A stretch of 64,000 nt of DNA from Amoebophrya sp. A120 (lineage: Eukaryota > Protista > Dinoflagellata). A program made the position numbers and the translations under genes. Position 1 is the first letter of the stretch. Each line of letters starts with the position of its first letter. The stretch lies in assembly GCA_905178155.1 (NCBI GenBank), contig CAJINV010000004.1:814629-878628 (forward strand), given 5' to 3'. Positions 1-11,535 of the stretch are shown here, one piece after another. The notes beneath the pieces are model-generated. The model saw only the letters and a program-made list of their open reading frames with translations, did not search any database and was not told where the DNA came from.

Positions 1-557
1 TGAATAATGGAGTTCCAGGGCACCAGGGATCCCTCCGGGTCGCGGTCCTCTATATCGGGGCTCAATCGGTACCCAAGACCCTCCGTGTCCTGTCTTCCTG
101 TGTTCTCGATCAGAAAATAAGTCGCCGCAGGAGCTGCAGTAGAGGAAGATGAACCAAAATTCCTATCCGCCGCGTAACAAATGTCCTGCAGCAGTCCGTT
201 GTTCGCGGACAGCTGCTCGGGTGACAGCCAGTAGTATGCGTAGCAATTATCGGCTTGTTGTTGTGCGACTACTTGTTGTGCGTTTTGAAGTTCCTGATCT
301 CCAAAAATGTCGGCACTCGCATTAGCGGACATGTTCCCCGCCTGCTGGTGTCTCGACAAGAACGCATTTTGACGCTTCACACGTACCCATCGCCAGCCGG
401 CACGGAAGAGGGCGGAGATCTGCGATATTTTGTTGTCGCCCGGGGTAGTTCTACCTGCGCGGTTTCGTGGCTGAGCGCTGGTGCCGGGAGGAGCTGGTTC
501 ACGCAGCCCAGCAGCGTTCTTGGAAGATGATACGCGTTCGGACGACATCATAGGCAT
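1..557 (-). CDS. Hypothetical protein, 5' part (runs off the window edge)
   Basis: Manual translation from ATG at 557 (MPMMSSERVSSSKNAAGLREP...SLVPWNSII) is open to position 1. Absent from the ORF track because there is no stop in the window. Same strand as all other genes. Confidence 0.45.
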   Translation of the reverse strand, partial: MPMMSSERVSSSKNAAGLREPAPPGTSAQPRNRAGRTTPGDNKISQISALFRAGWRWVRVKRQNAFLSRHQQAGNMSANASADIFGDQELQNAQQVVAQQQADNCYAYYWLSPEQLSANNGLLQDICYAADRNFGSSSSTAAPAATYFLIENTGRQDTEGLGYRLSPDIEDRDPEGSLVPWNSII

Positions 558-2390
558 AGCTTTCTCAGTTTTGTGGAAATAGTCAGATTTTCACTCTTTG
601 TTTTATTGTGCGGGATTTTTTTGGTATTGATTGCAGCTAACGATTATAACATCATAACACGGGTGTTCAGAATCTTCCGTAATAGGGAGGCCGCAAAAAT
701 AAAGACTTGGGCTACACGTACGCCTAGCTACGTACAAAAATATAGAATGCTCATGGGTTGATGTTGATTTTCATCTCGTCATTTGAACTATCCTACGATA
801 GTGGACTGGCCACATTCAACATTGGTGAGGTTCCATAAAGCCACGCACTTTGTAGCCATAACGACGGTAAAGGACGAAGGTACAACAACTACGCAAAAAG
901 TCTAAGCTATACATACTCGGGAAACCAAAAAAATCAAAATGCCCTACATACCACCAGGCTAAAAAAAATATCAATGTACCACCAGAGCCTCCCAGAGCAC
1001 CGGAGCTACTTGATCTTCTGGCATGTAAGTAATTTGAACAATAGACCACCTCGTTCGTTTATCACTTGTAATTATACAAGAGGTGAACACGCTCCACACG
1101 TATCACTTGTAATTATCATCGAAGAAAAGTTCTTACTCTTACTGCTTGGATCGATTCGGAATCGTCTTCCCCATGGACGAAGATCCTTCTTCGGTAGATC
1201 CGAAAGAGCTTCATCTTTCAGGAGCCTCCACCTGAGGCGGCCGTGATCGGATCTTGCACGGGTCTTTTTACAACGGAGCTTGCATGCTGCACGAAGTCAT
1301 CTGACGCGAACCAGATGGAATCAGAGATCTCGTTCGTCCCTCCTAGCGATGTGCTGCCAACGAGAACCCGAGCGAAGAACTCCACCTTTCACACCACAGT
1401 TAAAATTTCATCGTCTGGGCCGTCACAACTGCGCAAGAAGTAGCACGAGAACGATGAAGTTGAAGACTCGGAGCTTCCTGCCAGTAGCATGATCTCCGAC
1501 TAGACGTTGAAGCTCCAACTAGTTGTAATTGTAAAAAAATGTGTTCTCGTTCTCGTTGTAGTTGTACTTCTACTATTTTCTATAATTTCATCTGCTGTTG
1601 ATTAGAAATAGCTCTACTTTGTGGTATACTGCGTCCTCTGGCGTGATACTTATACCAGAACTTGAACTTCAACTTCAACCTCTTCGATAGCGATGATTTG
1701 TCCACCCGCCGTTGACGCACGCCTCTTACTTTGGGCGGCGCCGGATACTATCGTGAGCGGCAAAGAAAAGGAGAGTCGATAGCGATAGATCATCGTCAGT
1801 CATCTGTCTTCTGCTCCTTGCTTCTAAGTACGACATAAGTACTCGCATCCTTCACATTCGGTCGTGGATCGTCAGTGTAGTTCTTCGTGTGCAAGACAAC
1901 TTTTCCTTTCACGAATGACGCGTTTTGATTTTGTAACGCCGCTTCGGCTCGGGCTCCAGGTTTCATCCTTCACTATTTTTTACAACTTCAACTTGTTCCG
2001 GCACAGCTCTGCTCTCACACCCCCCAGTCTCCGAGATATTAAGGAGCGCAAGCGCATCAACTGCTCCCCCTCGTCCCACTCATTAGCAGTGATCGCGAAA
2101 TAAGCAATGCCACAAATCATGTTACGTCCGGCACATGAGTCATTTTATTTTTTCTGTCATTGACTTTGACAAAAAAAATTTTCATCAAATCCGCAGGTGA
2201 AGATTGTATTAGTATTGCTCCTTCGACGTCGTCGTGCTAATGTGACAATGAATGCGTGTCATCAACGTCATGCAAAGAGTAGGTACAAGAAAAGGAAAAT
2301 CTACTGTGCATGAAAAACAAAAGTATTAATGCTTCAAATGCAATAATGTCAATGTGGGAGAAAGGGGCGAGTAGCTGAGCAGCACGACTC

Positions 2391-3123
2391 TCATAAAAGA
2401 AACGCCTTATAGTTTTTCAATATGTCCTCGCTGGAGACGTCCACAACCACATTCCCGTTCCGGGGGGGAGGGGTACTTTGGGTGCCATCAGTAGATCGCC
2501 TCGCCGCGCCTGTTGTACTGCTATCACTAGAGGAGCTGCTTGTTCTTTCTTCTATTTGATAAACCTCGAAGAGGCCGTCGTTCGTGGCTTGAGTCACCAC
2601 GGCAGATGTTGCTGCTGCCCCACTCACCTCGCCCTGCGCCTGCGGACCCCCCTGCGCCCCGTCTTTCTGGATCTTCTGGCTCATCTGGGTGATCTGTTCC
2701 CCCAGGCCATCCAGCAACGACTGGAGGAATCGCCCTGGCCCGTTCCCTACCCCTTCGTCTGTTTCTAGAGGCAGTTCGGGCAGTTGCTGCTGTTCCTCCG
2801 CCGCGTCGCCCGAGGTGAAGACCAACTTGCGGACCAGAAATGCTGCAGCTCTCATGGCGCGTTTCTTGACATTCTTTGTCACGCCCCCCGGTGCCGAGGG
2901 TTGTGCACCAGATGCTGACGCTTTTGCTTTAGCTTTTGCGGCCGCGGCTTTTCGGTTTTTCTTCACTGCATCCAGCTGCACAATCGTCGCGGTGATCTCC
3001 CCCAGTCTCTTCTTGGTTCCGGATGAAACGTTGGCGGCTACCATGTGGGGGCGCGCTATATGCAAGGAAATCTTCGCCACGTCGCACCACTTGTTCCCAC
3101 TACGAATCATCACGACCAAGAAG
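2391..3123 (-). CDS. Probable terminal exon of a hypothetical protein
   Basis: 242-aa ORF with no ATG start, preceded by a pyrimidine-rich tract ending in tgcag (canonical acceptor-like). Protein-like composition. Confidence 0.4.
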
Positions 3124-4105
3124 CTGCAGCACCACGCAATGTTTCAAAAACAACAACAAGAAAACTACTGGGCCTTATTTGGAGGCGCTCAATTTGAGCG
3201 GTGTTTTTCACGTTTTGAGCGTGCGAAACTGCAGAAGCTGGGCACCAGGAACGCTCCAGGAGTAGAGGAAATTCGGCGGCGTAGACCTCGACTTGGCCCT
3301 CGCGCTAGAGAGGGGACGGGCGCCGCGACCGGACGAAATAAAAGATGCCAAATATCGCCCCCGCCCGGGCATAGATACCGAGGGCGCCTGTGTTTTCTTG
3401 TCAGTCCTGGGCCGACGAGCGGCACACGGCCCGACCACCAAGCAAAAATTTCCAGTTTCAATAATGAATTAACTTGGCTGCCTCGCCACTGATCCAAAAA
3501 GAAACTAACACAACCAGGAAGAGGCCGCGCAACACATTCAGATGGTCCAGAAATTGGCGCAGGCGCTGCTTTTGAGTTGCGCGTGGTTTTTTTTTCGGGT
3601 CGCCGTGCTCTCGCTCTCGCGCGAAACGTCGCGCCGCGCGCCGACAATGGCGACCAGCGGGAGGCCTGCAGAAAACAAACTTGGCAGTTTTTGACGGACG
3701 AACCAGAAAAAGCTTCCCCCGAGGGCATGGCGGCCGATATATTTTCTCTTTCGTCCCCGAATCGGATGCGTATAGGGCTACGCAATTTTTCTGCTGATCA
3801 CCCTAGTGCACCTTCTGCGCTGCCTGGCGCCTCCCGACGATTTCTAAACCCTCTTTAGGAGGAGCCTAAATCAAAATCCTTTTCAAAAAAGATAATCTGT
3901 CTGGCGTGGTCACTTGTGATGCTTAATCATGCATGGCCGCGAACGACCCCAGCAACTACCCTCGTGATCTTTTTCTTTTCTACAGCTGTTCACCCGCTGC
4001 AGGCCCGATACAAACTAAAGTACAACCTACAACTACTGTAGCGCCGGCTTTGGCCTTGATGAGGGTAATAGTGTGCAAATGCGCGAAAAAGAAGCACATT
4101 TGATA

Positions 4106-7100
4106 CGGTGCGAGGTGGAATTTTTTGAGGTTCTCCATGGTGGTTTTAACACCCATCAAAAAAATGAGATGCGCTACAGCACGCTTGCAATCCGGTGCAG
4201 AGAGAAGTCCGAGCGCCATTTCGTCAAAGTCCACCGTGGCTCCTGGTTTTTTCTGGGATCCGGCCCTCTGCTCGTCGACGTCGTTGCTGATCCAATCCAG
4301 GTCGAGTAAAAAACGCTATCAAATGCAAATATGTCTGGGTCTGGAACAAGGTTGCAAGTTGTGACGCGTCCTGTGGATCACACAAAAATCTGTTTTCGTC
4401 TTGTGAGATCTTCACCAAAAGATGCCCACTTTTGACCAACATGAGAGGGAGTTTCTCGTGCAGGATGCAACATAGTCATAGGCATGTATGATAGAGACTT
4501 CGCAGAATCTGTCATGCTAGGTCCTCCATTCCAGACCGCGTAGGGCATGGAAATTATGCATCGTGACAAGTTTGCAGCGCATTCTTCCAGACCCAGGCAT
4601 ATTTGCAATGCACAAGCGCACGTCTTTCGCACCTTCCACACTGTTGAAGCGGGTACCTTCGTCTGGCCCACGCACGTCGGTCGGCCCAGCGAGATGAAAC
4701 TCTTTTAACGCTGCCGAAAAGATACTGTGGTCGCTAATTTCCAAAAAGTCAGCGACATTGCCGATAGGATAAAGGGAAAAACATGCACAGTAAGTCAATA
4801 TGCACCCACACCAGCACCGGAAAACGTCCTGTATTCAACCACGTCTGCCTCTGCGGAAAATCCAGTACTGTGGCATTTCTCGTCAATAATTTCCAAAATC
4901 TTCTAATTCAGCCAGCGACCTCAATTTGTAAATTATGGATACCGATAACTTGATATACAAATGTTGCTGCCGCGAACGAAGATATCGATAAGTAGCAATG
5001 CGAAGGACTATCTTAGGTTCGGTGAGGAGGACACGACATATCAATCTTCATCCGATATCAAAATGCAGAGCTAGAGAAAGCGCCTCAGCATCCGCAAGAG
5101 CCGAGTTGTACGGATGCTGCCAAGAGCAAGACTCCAACAAAAAACGACAAATGCAAATAGTGAGCAGCTCTGCGTGGTTTTTCGTGTCGCTGCGGGCGCC
5201 GCACTTGCACTCCATAAACGGGCTTCCTCAGCACTTTCATCGTACTTATCTACCTATGCATTCCAAATACGTTGCCTGGGTGTGGACGAACCTTGCAACT
5301 CGTCAAAAGTTGCAAGATAGATTGCAGACCGATAGTACTTCAGCAGAACAAGGAAGTTCGAGCTGCTTGCAAGATTCCTCACTCAGCAGCGCAAGTTGCG
5401 CCGCTGCGTCTGATAAAGAAGTAGAAAAAGACACGTCTTGGACTGCAAGAAAATAGCGTGCGCCCTCTGAATCCCGATAAAGAGGGTGTCTCTCATGCAG
5501 CTGCAGGCTAGGCACGGAAAAGCCTCCGCGAATCTTGTCAGCACGCTCTGCGTGCATTCCAGACCTTCGCGCTGGTCCAAAGGATGCATGCAAATTCATC
5601 TGCATTCTTTTTCTTCCAATCCTAAACAGATTTGCAAGCGATAGCGTTCCTATTGTCTTCGGGACAAGCTGCCGACTCAAAACGCCACAGGCGATAGAGT
5701 TAAATACCTTTGTTGTTTTTGTATAAAAGTAGTTTCTGTTCTATTGGGTTGGAGATCACGCATAGTGGTCATACATTTACATACTAGACATAAAGAACTG
5801 GCGCTCCTGTTGGAGATGAATAGTTTGGAATATTAGTATTAAAATATCGACGACACCTCCACGCACGTCGCGGTCGTTCACGAAAGAGGAAGAAAAAAAA
5901 GTAGAAAATAATAATAAGGTAAAGGTGTAGATTGGGTACCCACGGATTGGGTACCCACTTTGGATTGGGTACCCACTTTGAAAAAGGTACTCATTTTGGA
6001 AACAGGTACCCACTGGGAAATAGGTACCCAGAGGGAGTCGGGTACTCAGTATGATTGTATGATTTGGGTACCCGGTGGCGTGGAAGCGAAATTGGTTCCC
6101 GTCCCCGTCCAGAACGCGCATGACACACCCGCGAAATTCAAAAATTTTATTTTTATGGTGTCCGTAAGCTAGTCGCAACACAGAGCCTTGCTGTATTTAA
6201 CAAGGTTGTTTGTATTCGCATCACAAATCCGCGAAAATTGAAAATTTTATTTTGGTACCGAGCTTCCCTCGTGCAGTTCAGCGCCGCCCCTTGCGATTAC
6301 TATATGCATCTTTAAACACGAAACCATCGCTCACTGGTTTTTTTATCGCGGATCAAAGAGATAAACTACATATTAAAAGGAATTGATGTTGATTCCGCTG
6401 GCAAACAACACTCGATGTGGCTTGCTGCATAATGGCATCCTCGCATCGGCATAGATACATCAAGACATCCTCAGCTGCCTAGTAGTAAACCTAGAGCGAT
6501 GATTCAGTCATTTCACTCAATAGGATTCCGCACTCTTCGATTGGCCAGAGGCAGAAGCGGAGAAGCTACACGCGTGTAATGCTGCAGCACTTAGGTGCGT
6601 CCATCTTATTGCACCGTGCTCTGGTTTTTCCTTACTCGTTCTGCCCCGCCGCGCTGCGAGGGACTCCCGAAAGGAGATGAGCCTCGGCAGTCGTGAGAGG
6701 AGTCCCTGATGCTTGTCTTGTTCGCTTTCCTCCATGGCCTTGAAAAGCACAGCGCCGTGAAAGAGGTCCGAAGCTAAGAGTGACAGCTCGTCTTGGCGCC
6801 AACCTGGAGGGTAGTAGTCATCTACCGAAAGTCCAACGCCCTCGGCCACCACCTTGCTTGCCGTTTTTCGTTCCTGGGGCTGGGAGGACCCAAAAAGAAA
6901 TGTGCTCATCACTTTATCGCGCACTCAGGTGGACTTACAACGCCAACTGTTACAGGGCCAATGTTTCAACATCCCAGCCAGATAGTCATACGATGACGCA
7001 ATGCAACGGATGAAAACGCAAGCACTAGACTAACTCCTGTCCCGTCGACATTGATCGCAGATACGCATCAGCATCACAAGTCGAAATCTAAAAAATTTCT

Positions 7101-7475
7101 GAACTCGTGCGAGGACAGGAGAACTGCATCATGAAGAACTTGAACGCACGTTGTCGGGACAAATGATCAGAATGACAACTATTACTTTCATCCTATTATT
7201 TGTTCGTAACACTTGAGATTGCAAGAACACCTGAGCACGCTGTAAACTTTACTAACCCGCCTCCCCACCTTCCTCACTTGTTCGCCCCCCGACGCCGGAA
7301 CAAGGACTCCGATGTATGCATCAGCGACCTGGGCCATGCCGTTTAGAAGGGCAGGCGCCAAGCTCTTGGCCGCTGCCTGTGCGTCTTCGTTGCTTTGTTG
7401 GACAGTTGTCTCCCCCGCTTTAAACCGGATCAAAGTGTCACCAAGAGTTTTGACGATCGGAATGGCGGGTCCCAT
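4106..7475 (-). CDS. Fragmentary multi-exon hypothetical gene (or pseudogene) interrupted by introner-type and decayed introns
   Basis: Removing 4317-4614 plus one TSD joins ...FNSVEGAKDVR to FLLDLDWISNDVDEQ...KFHLAP. Other protein-like pieces at 6517-6924 and 7188-7475. A complete model could not be built. Confidence 0.3.
4317..4614. mobile_element. Introner/MITE family A (TIR TATCAAATGYAAA..TGTCTGGGTCTGGAA), degenerate right end
   Basis: Left TIR tatcaaatgcaaatatgtctgggtctggaa; right ttccagacccaggcatatttgcaatgcaca; TSD aacgc/agcgc. Interior is the reverse complement of the 47760-48020 element. Confidence 0.8.
5930..6073. repeat. Degenerate tandem repeat built on the palindrome GGGTACCC
   Basis: gattgggtacccac x3 followed by about 5 decayed ggtac(c/t)ca units. 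Confidence 0.7.
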
Positions 7476-7498
7476 GAGTATGGTAAGTCAGGGGGAGT

Positions 7499-7638
7499 CA
7501 TCCAGGAAAAAACACCCATCCCCATCCATTTTGGTTTTCTGTATGACTACACACACTTGACTTAAGTTAAAAATAAAATAAATGCATGTTTGTTGCATGA
7601 CAAATTCTTGGATAGGGATGGGTCTTTTTCTGTGGATA
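7499..7638. mobile_element. Introner/MITE family D (TIR TATC..GAAAAA.ACCC.TCCC.ATCC), 140 bp
   Basis: catccaggaaaaaacacccatccccatcca ... tggatagggatgggtctttttctgtggata; perfect 5-bp TSD ggagt at 7494-7498 and 7639-7643. Confidence 0.85.
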
Positions 7639-8011
7639 GGAGTGGAAAGCGAAACAATGGAATCACGAATTATCTGCGCTAAAGCATAAATCGCCAGAGG
7701 ACGTAAACTATCTGCATTTTTGCAGGGGGAGCTGCAACCGAGGCCGAGTTGAGGAGTAGGTCTCGTCTACTTCCGAAGCGGCCGGAGGATAAGGAATGAC
7801 ACGAGCAGGACCGATAATCTTCTTGTTGCTCTCACTCTGGTGTTGATCTAAGCAGCAAACAAGAATGCGCCAATTGGACTCGCTCTCGCCTCAACGTTTC
7901 AAATTTATAAAAGAGAAGTTTGCCATTATACTCATATTACGCCGCTTCGAAATGCAAACGCTTGCTGGCCCTCCACGCACCACCACCAACTGGCATCCTT
8001 ATCCATATCCA

Positions 8012-9070
8012 TTACCATTTGGCCTTGAAAATGCAAAAATGCAAGTTGTATCTACTATTGATTGCCATCCTAAGTTTGCCTTTCCATGTTCCCGATTTCC
8101 CCCCCGGCGTCTCCATAACCAGCCGGCGTAGCAGAAAGAGGTCAATCGGCAGGACCGGGCTGAGGTAGTAACTAGCAGCGGCTTCAAAGAGCAACGTGCA
8201 CAATCCCATAAGGTCGGTTGCTAGCTCCAAATACTGCGAAGCGAGTCCAGCGATTCGCTCCGCGTCAGGGCGGCCTAACCCTGCGCCCAGTTGTGTTCCG
8301 ACCGAAGAGGCGCCAGCCACTGCAACGTTGCCCCCTGCTGCTCCCGCAAGAAGCCGCGCCGTGTAGACGGCAAACTTCGACTGTGGTTGCGGGGCGCGGG
8401 TACCTGTCGCTAGATCGAATTGCTTTTGCACTTCTTTCTCCGCGAGCTTCGTTGTACCTCTCCAGCCTAGATATCTGAAACCTTCTCGAAATTTCTTGCT
8501 TCGCGGGTAAACTAGTGATGCACGCAATGAGCGAAACAAGTGACGCCTCTTTTCTTGGCGTGCAGGTGCAACGCGCGGTCGACCCTCTTGTTCATCTTGA
8601 AGATCATCTCGATCGCTGCTTTCTTCCTCCTCCTCCTCGTCCTCGGCGGTTTCGTCTATCCCTGTTGTTGATTCCCCAAGCGGCGTTACACCGTCGCGCT
8701 CCTTCCGAAACGGGTGAGCAAGCCCGAGAACAGCACCGACTCCCCACTTTCCAATTCCAATTCCTGTCTTGGACACTAGATTACAGCCAAAACCAATTAT
8801 ACCGTTAGCGCGCCTCGTCGGAGCAGCTGCTGGCGTGGGCGATGTCTCGGCTTGTGGGGCTGGACTGCTGCAACTCTTCTCTATGTGTTGCAAAGCCAGA
8901 TCGAGTCCTACCTTGGCTTTATCCCTGATTTCCTTCTCCTCGGCCCCAGCATTCGTTGCCAGGGCGTGCACGTACCCGTCAGCAACAACTTGCAGCCTTG
9001 TTTGCTCGCCCGAAGCAGGGGCCGTTCGTTTTTGTAAACTCGCTTGTTCATCTATGGAACGGTAAAGCAA
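8012..9070 (-). CDS. Hypothetical protein exon (acidic tract, Gly/Ala-rich helices)
   Basis: 352-aa ORF without a good start codon. Probably an internal exon of the gene that continues towards 2.4 kb. Confidence 0.45.
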   Translation of the reverse strand: MLYRSIDEQASLQKRTAPASGEQTRLQVVADGYVHALATNAGAEEKEIRDKAKVGLDLALQHIEKSCSSPAPQAETSPTPAAAPTRRANGIIGFGCNLVSKTGIGIGKWGVGAVLGLAHPFRKERDGVTPLGESTTGIDETAEDEEEEEESSDRDDLQDEQEGRPRVAPARQEKRRHLFRSLRASLVYPRSKKFREGFRYLGWRGTTKLAEKEVQKQFDLATGTRAPQPQSKFAVYTARLLAGAAGGNVAVAGASSVGTQLGAGLGRPDAERIAGLASQYLELATDLMGLCTLLFEAAASYYLSPVLPIDLFLLRRLVMETPGGKSGTWKGKLRMAINSRYNLHFCIFKAKW

Positions 9071-9695
9071 TTTTCTTCGAAGTAATTATGAAATTAGTTT
9101 TATAGTCTATAGACTAATCCGAACTTGACTCAAAGGCTGTAGACGAAAGTTCTGAGACCCTCAAACAGCATTAGAAATTGCGGCTCGACCTGCAGAAAAC
9201 CTGAAGCAAATCCCTAGGGCTTTTCAAACTAGTTCTTTTCCTATTTGCTAATACGCACGGCAGAGACTCAAAAGATGAAGGTCTAGCCGTAGGACACGAC
9301 CAAAAACCACGACAGACATGACGTCTGCCCACAAACTGAATCACCATGCTACTACGACAAAAGCTGAAGCGTTTCTGGGGCTCGAGCTCTAGAACTTTTC
9401 ATGTATCTGCCCGCTTTTTTTCGTAAAATGCATGCTACTGTGAAAATATTTGCGACAAATTCTACGGCTTAAGCTGTAGCGGTTCGGCACGATACACGAC
9501 AAGGAAGCCCCTAGGCGCTACAAAAATACCCCGAGCCCTGGACGCAGTGGCGCCCCTGCCCCCTCGCTCAGAAGGGAACCGCTTGCCCCCTTCAATATAA
9601 AAGCGCCCCTCGTCGCCCCCCGCGCGGTGCGCCCCGCTCCTGGTGGAACCTCTTGCCCCTGCGTGCTGGCGCCTGCCCCTTAGCCCTGGCAGTAT

Positions 9696-9776
9696 TTCTT
9701 ACTTGCCCTTTGCCGCAAAGGGCAAGTAAGAAGTTTGCAGTTAGGTCGAACCTAACGCAAAGGCTTTGCGTTAGGT
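9696..9776. repeat. Cluster of perfect palindromes (18-bp and 13-bp arms)
   Basis: ttcttacttgccctttgc-c-gcaaagggcaagtaagaa (9696-9732) and acctaacgcaaag-g-ctttgcgttaggt (9750-9776). Confidence 0.9.
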
Positions 9777-10031
9777 CTTGCCCCTCGCGGTGCATCTTGT
9801 CCCTCGCAGTACATCTTGCCCCCCGCAAGACATCTTGCCCCTCGCCGTACATCTTGCCCCTCGCAGTACATCTTGCCCCTCGCAGTACATCTTGCCCCTC
9901 GCAGTACATATTGCCCCTCGCAGTACATCTTGCCCCTCGCAGTACATCTTGCCCCTCGCAGTACATCTTGCCCCTCGCAGTGCATCTTGCCCCTCACAGT
10001 GCATCTTGCCCCTCGCAATACATCTTGTCCC
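9777..10031. repeat. 19-bp minisatellite (CATCTTGCCCCTCGCAGTA), about 13 copies
   Basis: Head-to-tail units without spacers. Produces the repetitive ORFs seen in all six frames. Confidence 0.95.
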
Positions 10032-11314
10032 TGCGCATACGCCTCGCCCCTGGTAGGACTTCTCGCTCCTTGTAGTGTTAGCGCCCCCTTTCCATCGCAA
10101 TGCGTTATATCTCGCCTCGGCAGGCACATGCACAGCTTGCGCCTGATAGAACTTCTTGCCCCTGGTAGGGCCTCTTGCTCCTGCTCCTGGTAGCACATAT
10201 GGGGCCCGCCTTCTAATACCCCTAACGCCCTGCCGGCAAAGACCTAGCCGCCCCGCCTTCGGAGAGCTAGCGAACAACCCCCACCGCTCCCAGGTTGGGT
10301 CCCTGCTATGGGTGTGACTGCGACCCCGGCAGGCCCCGGGCCGCCCCTTGTTGCTCTCGCGGCGCACCCGTTCCCGCCGGCCTGCGCCCCTTACGCCCCC
10401 GCTCCCCTAGCGCCCGCCCGGGAACGTCCAGGGGCCCTGTTTTTTCCCCCTGCGCCAGCCATTTTCTCCTTTGCACCAAAGCGGTGGAGGAAGCGTCCAC
10501 ACGCAATAAACAGACACGCTGGCGCAAGTAGCTGCCAAAATATGTCGCGGCCGTAAGTACGTATCGGGGGCATGTTGCCGCTATCTTGCGGCGACTAGGT
10601 CGAGGCCCGCTGCTCTCCGCCGCCCGCCCTCCCACCCAGGGGACAGCGGCGGCGCACTCCTGCAGCCAGTCTTTTGGAAGAAGACGGCCGCCGCCCTCCC
10701 CCGCGTGGGTGGGGGCAGGGTGGGTCAGGCCACCGACCGGGGGGGCCACGGGGCCGGGCGAGGGGGCAAGCGCCGTGCTCTGGGGGAAGCTAGCGCTAGC
10801 GCGCCAGTCAGCGGCTGTGCCCCAAACGCCCGAGCCAAGCTAGCAGCGCGGGCGAGGCGGCCCCGGGTCAGGGTCTCGGCTAGGATGAAAAAAATGGCGG
10901 GGCGCAGCACTTTCGTAAATATATAAGCAAGCCGGGAGGTAGCGCCCTGGCAGGCCGACTCTCCCCCCACCCCGGCCACCCATTGTGCCGCCCTCCGTCC
11001 CGGGTTTCGCTTGGTGGCGCGCCCCCTCGGCGCTAGTCAGCATGCAACCGCGCGGGCGGGCAGCGCAAGACTCGGGGCACGGTTGTTAGTTTCGAAAGCG
11101 CGCGGCCGCCGCCCCTGCGCTCCGTCCAGCCGTGTCACTTCGGCGCCATCCCGCCCAACATGCGCAAGGAAAACGGGTGGGCCTTACTCCCTCGCACGCT
11201 CGCCCCTAGCAGCGCCACTACGGCTACGCCCTTGGTAAGGCCTCTGCTCTTGTACCCCTCGCCCCCCGCGATGCCGCTTCGACTACGTCGACTGCTACCC
11301 CAACAACCTGAACC

Positions 11315-11535
11315 AACGCCGACTGCTACGCCTACTTCTACTTCCACGCCTACTCCCACGCCTACCGCTACGCCTGCCTCTACGCCTACTGCTGCGCCTA
11401 CTTCTGCGCCTACTTCTACGCCTACTTCTACGGCTACTCCCACGCCTACTTCTCCGCCTATTTCTACGCCTACTTCTACGCCTATGAATGCGCCTAGTTC
11501 TTCCCCTACTCCTGCGCCTACTTCTACGCCTGCTG
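11315..11535. repeat. Degenerate 12-bp repeat (ACGCCTACTTCT)
   Basis: Tandem acgcctacttct/acgcctactgct variants within a GC-rich intergenic block. Confidence 0.8.

Noticed and set aside
9592-10367. Repetitive ORFs (MYCEGQDVLRGARCTARG...) in all frames
   Set aside because: Artefacts of a 19-bp minisatellite whose period is not a multiple of three.
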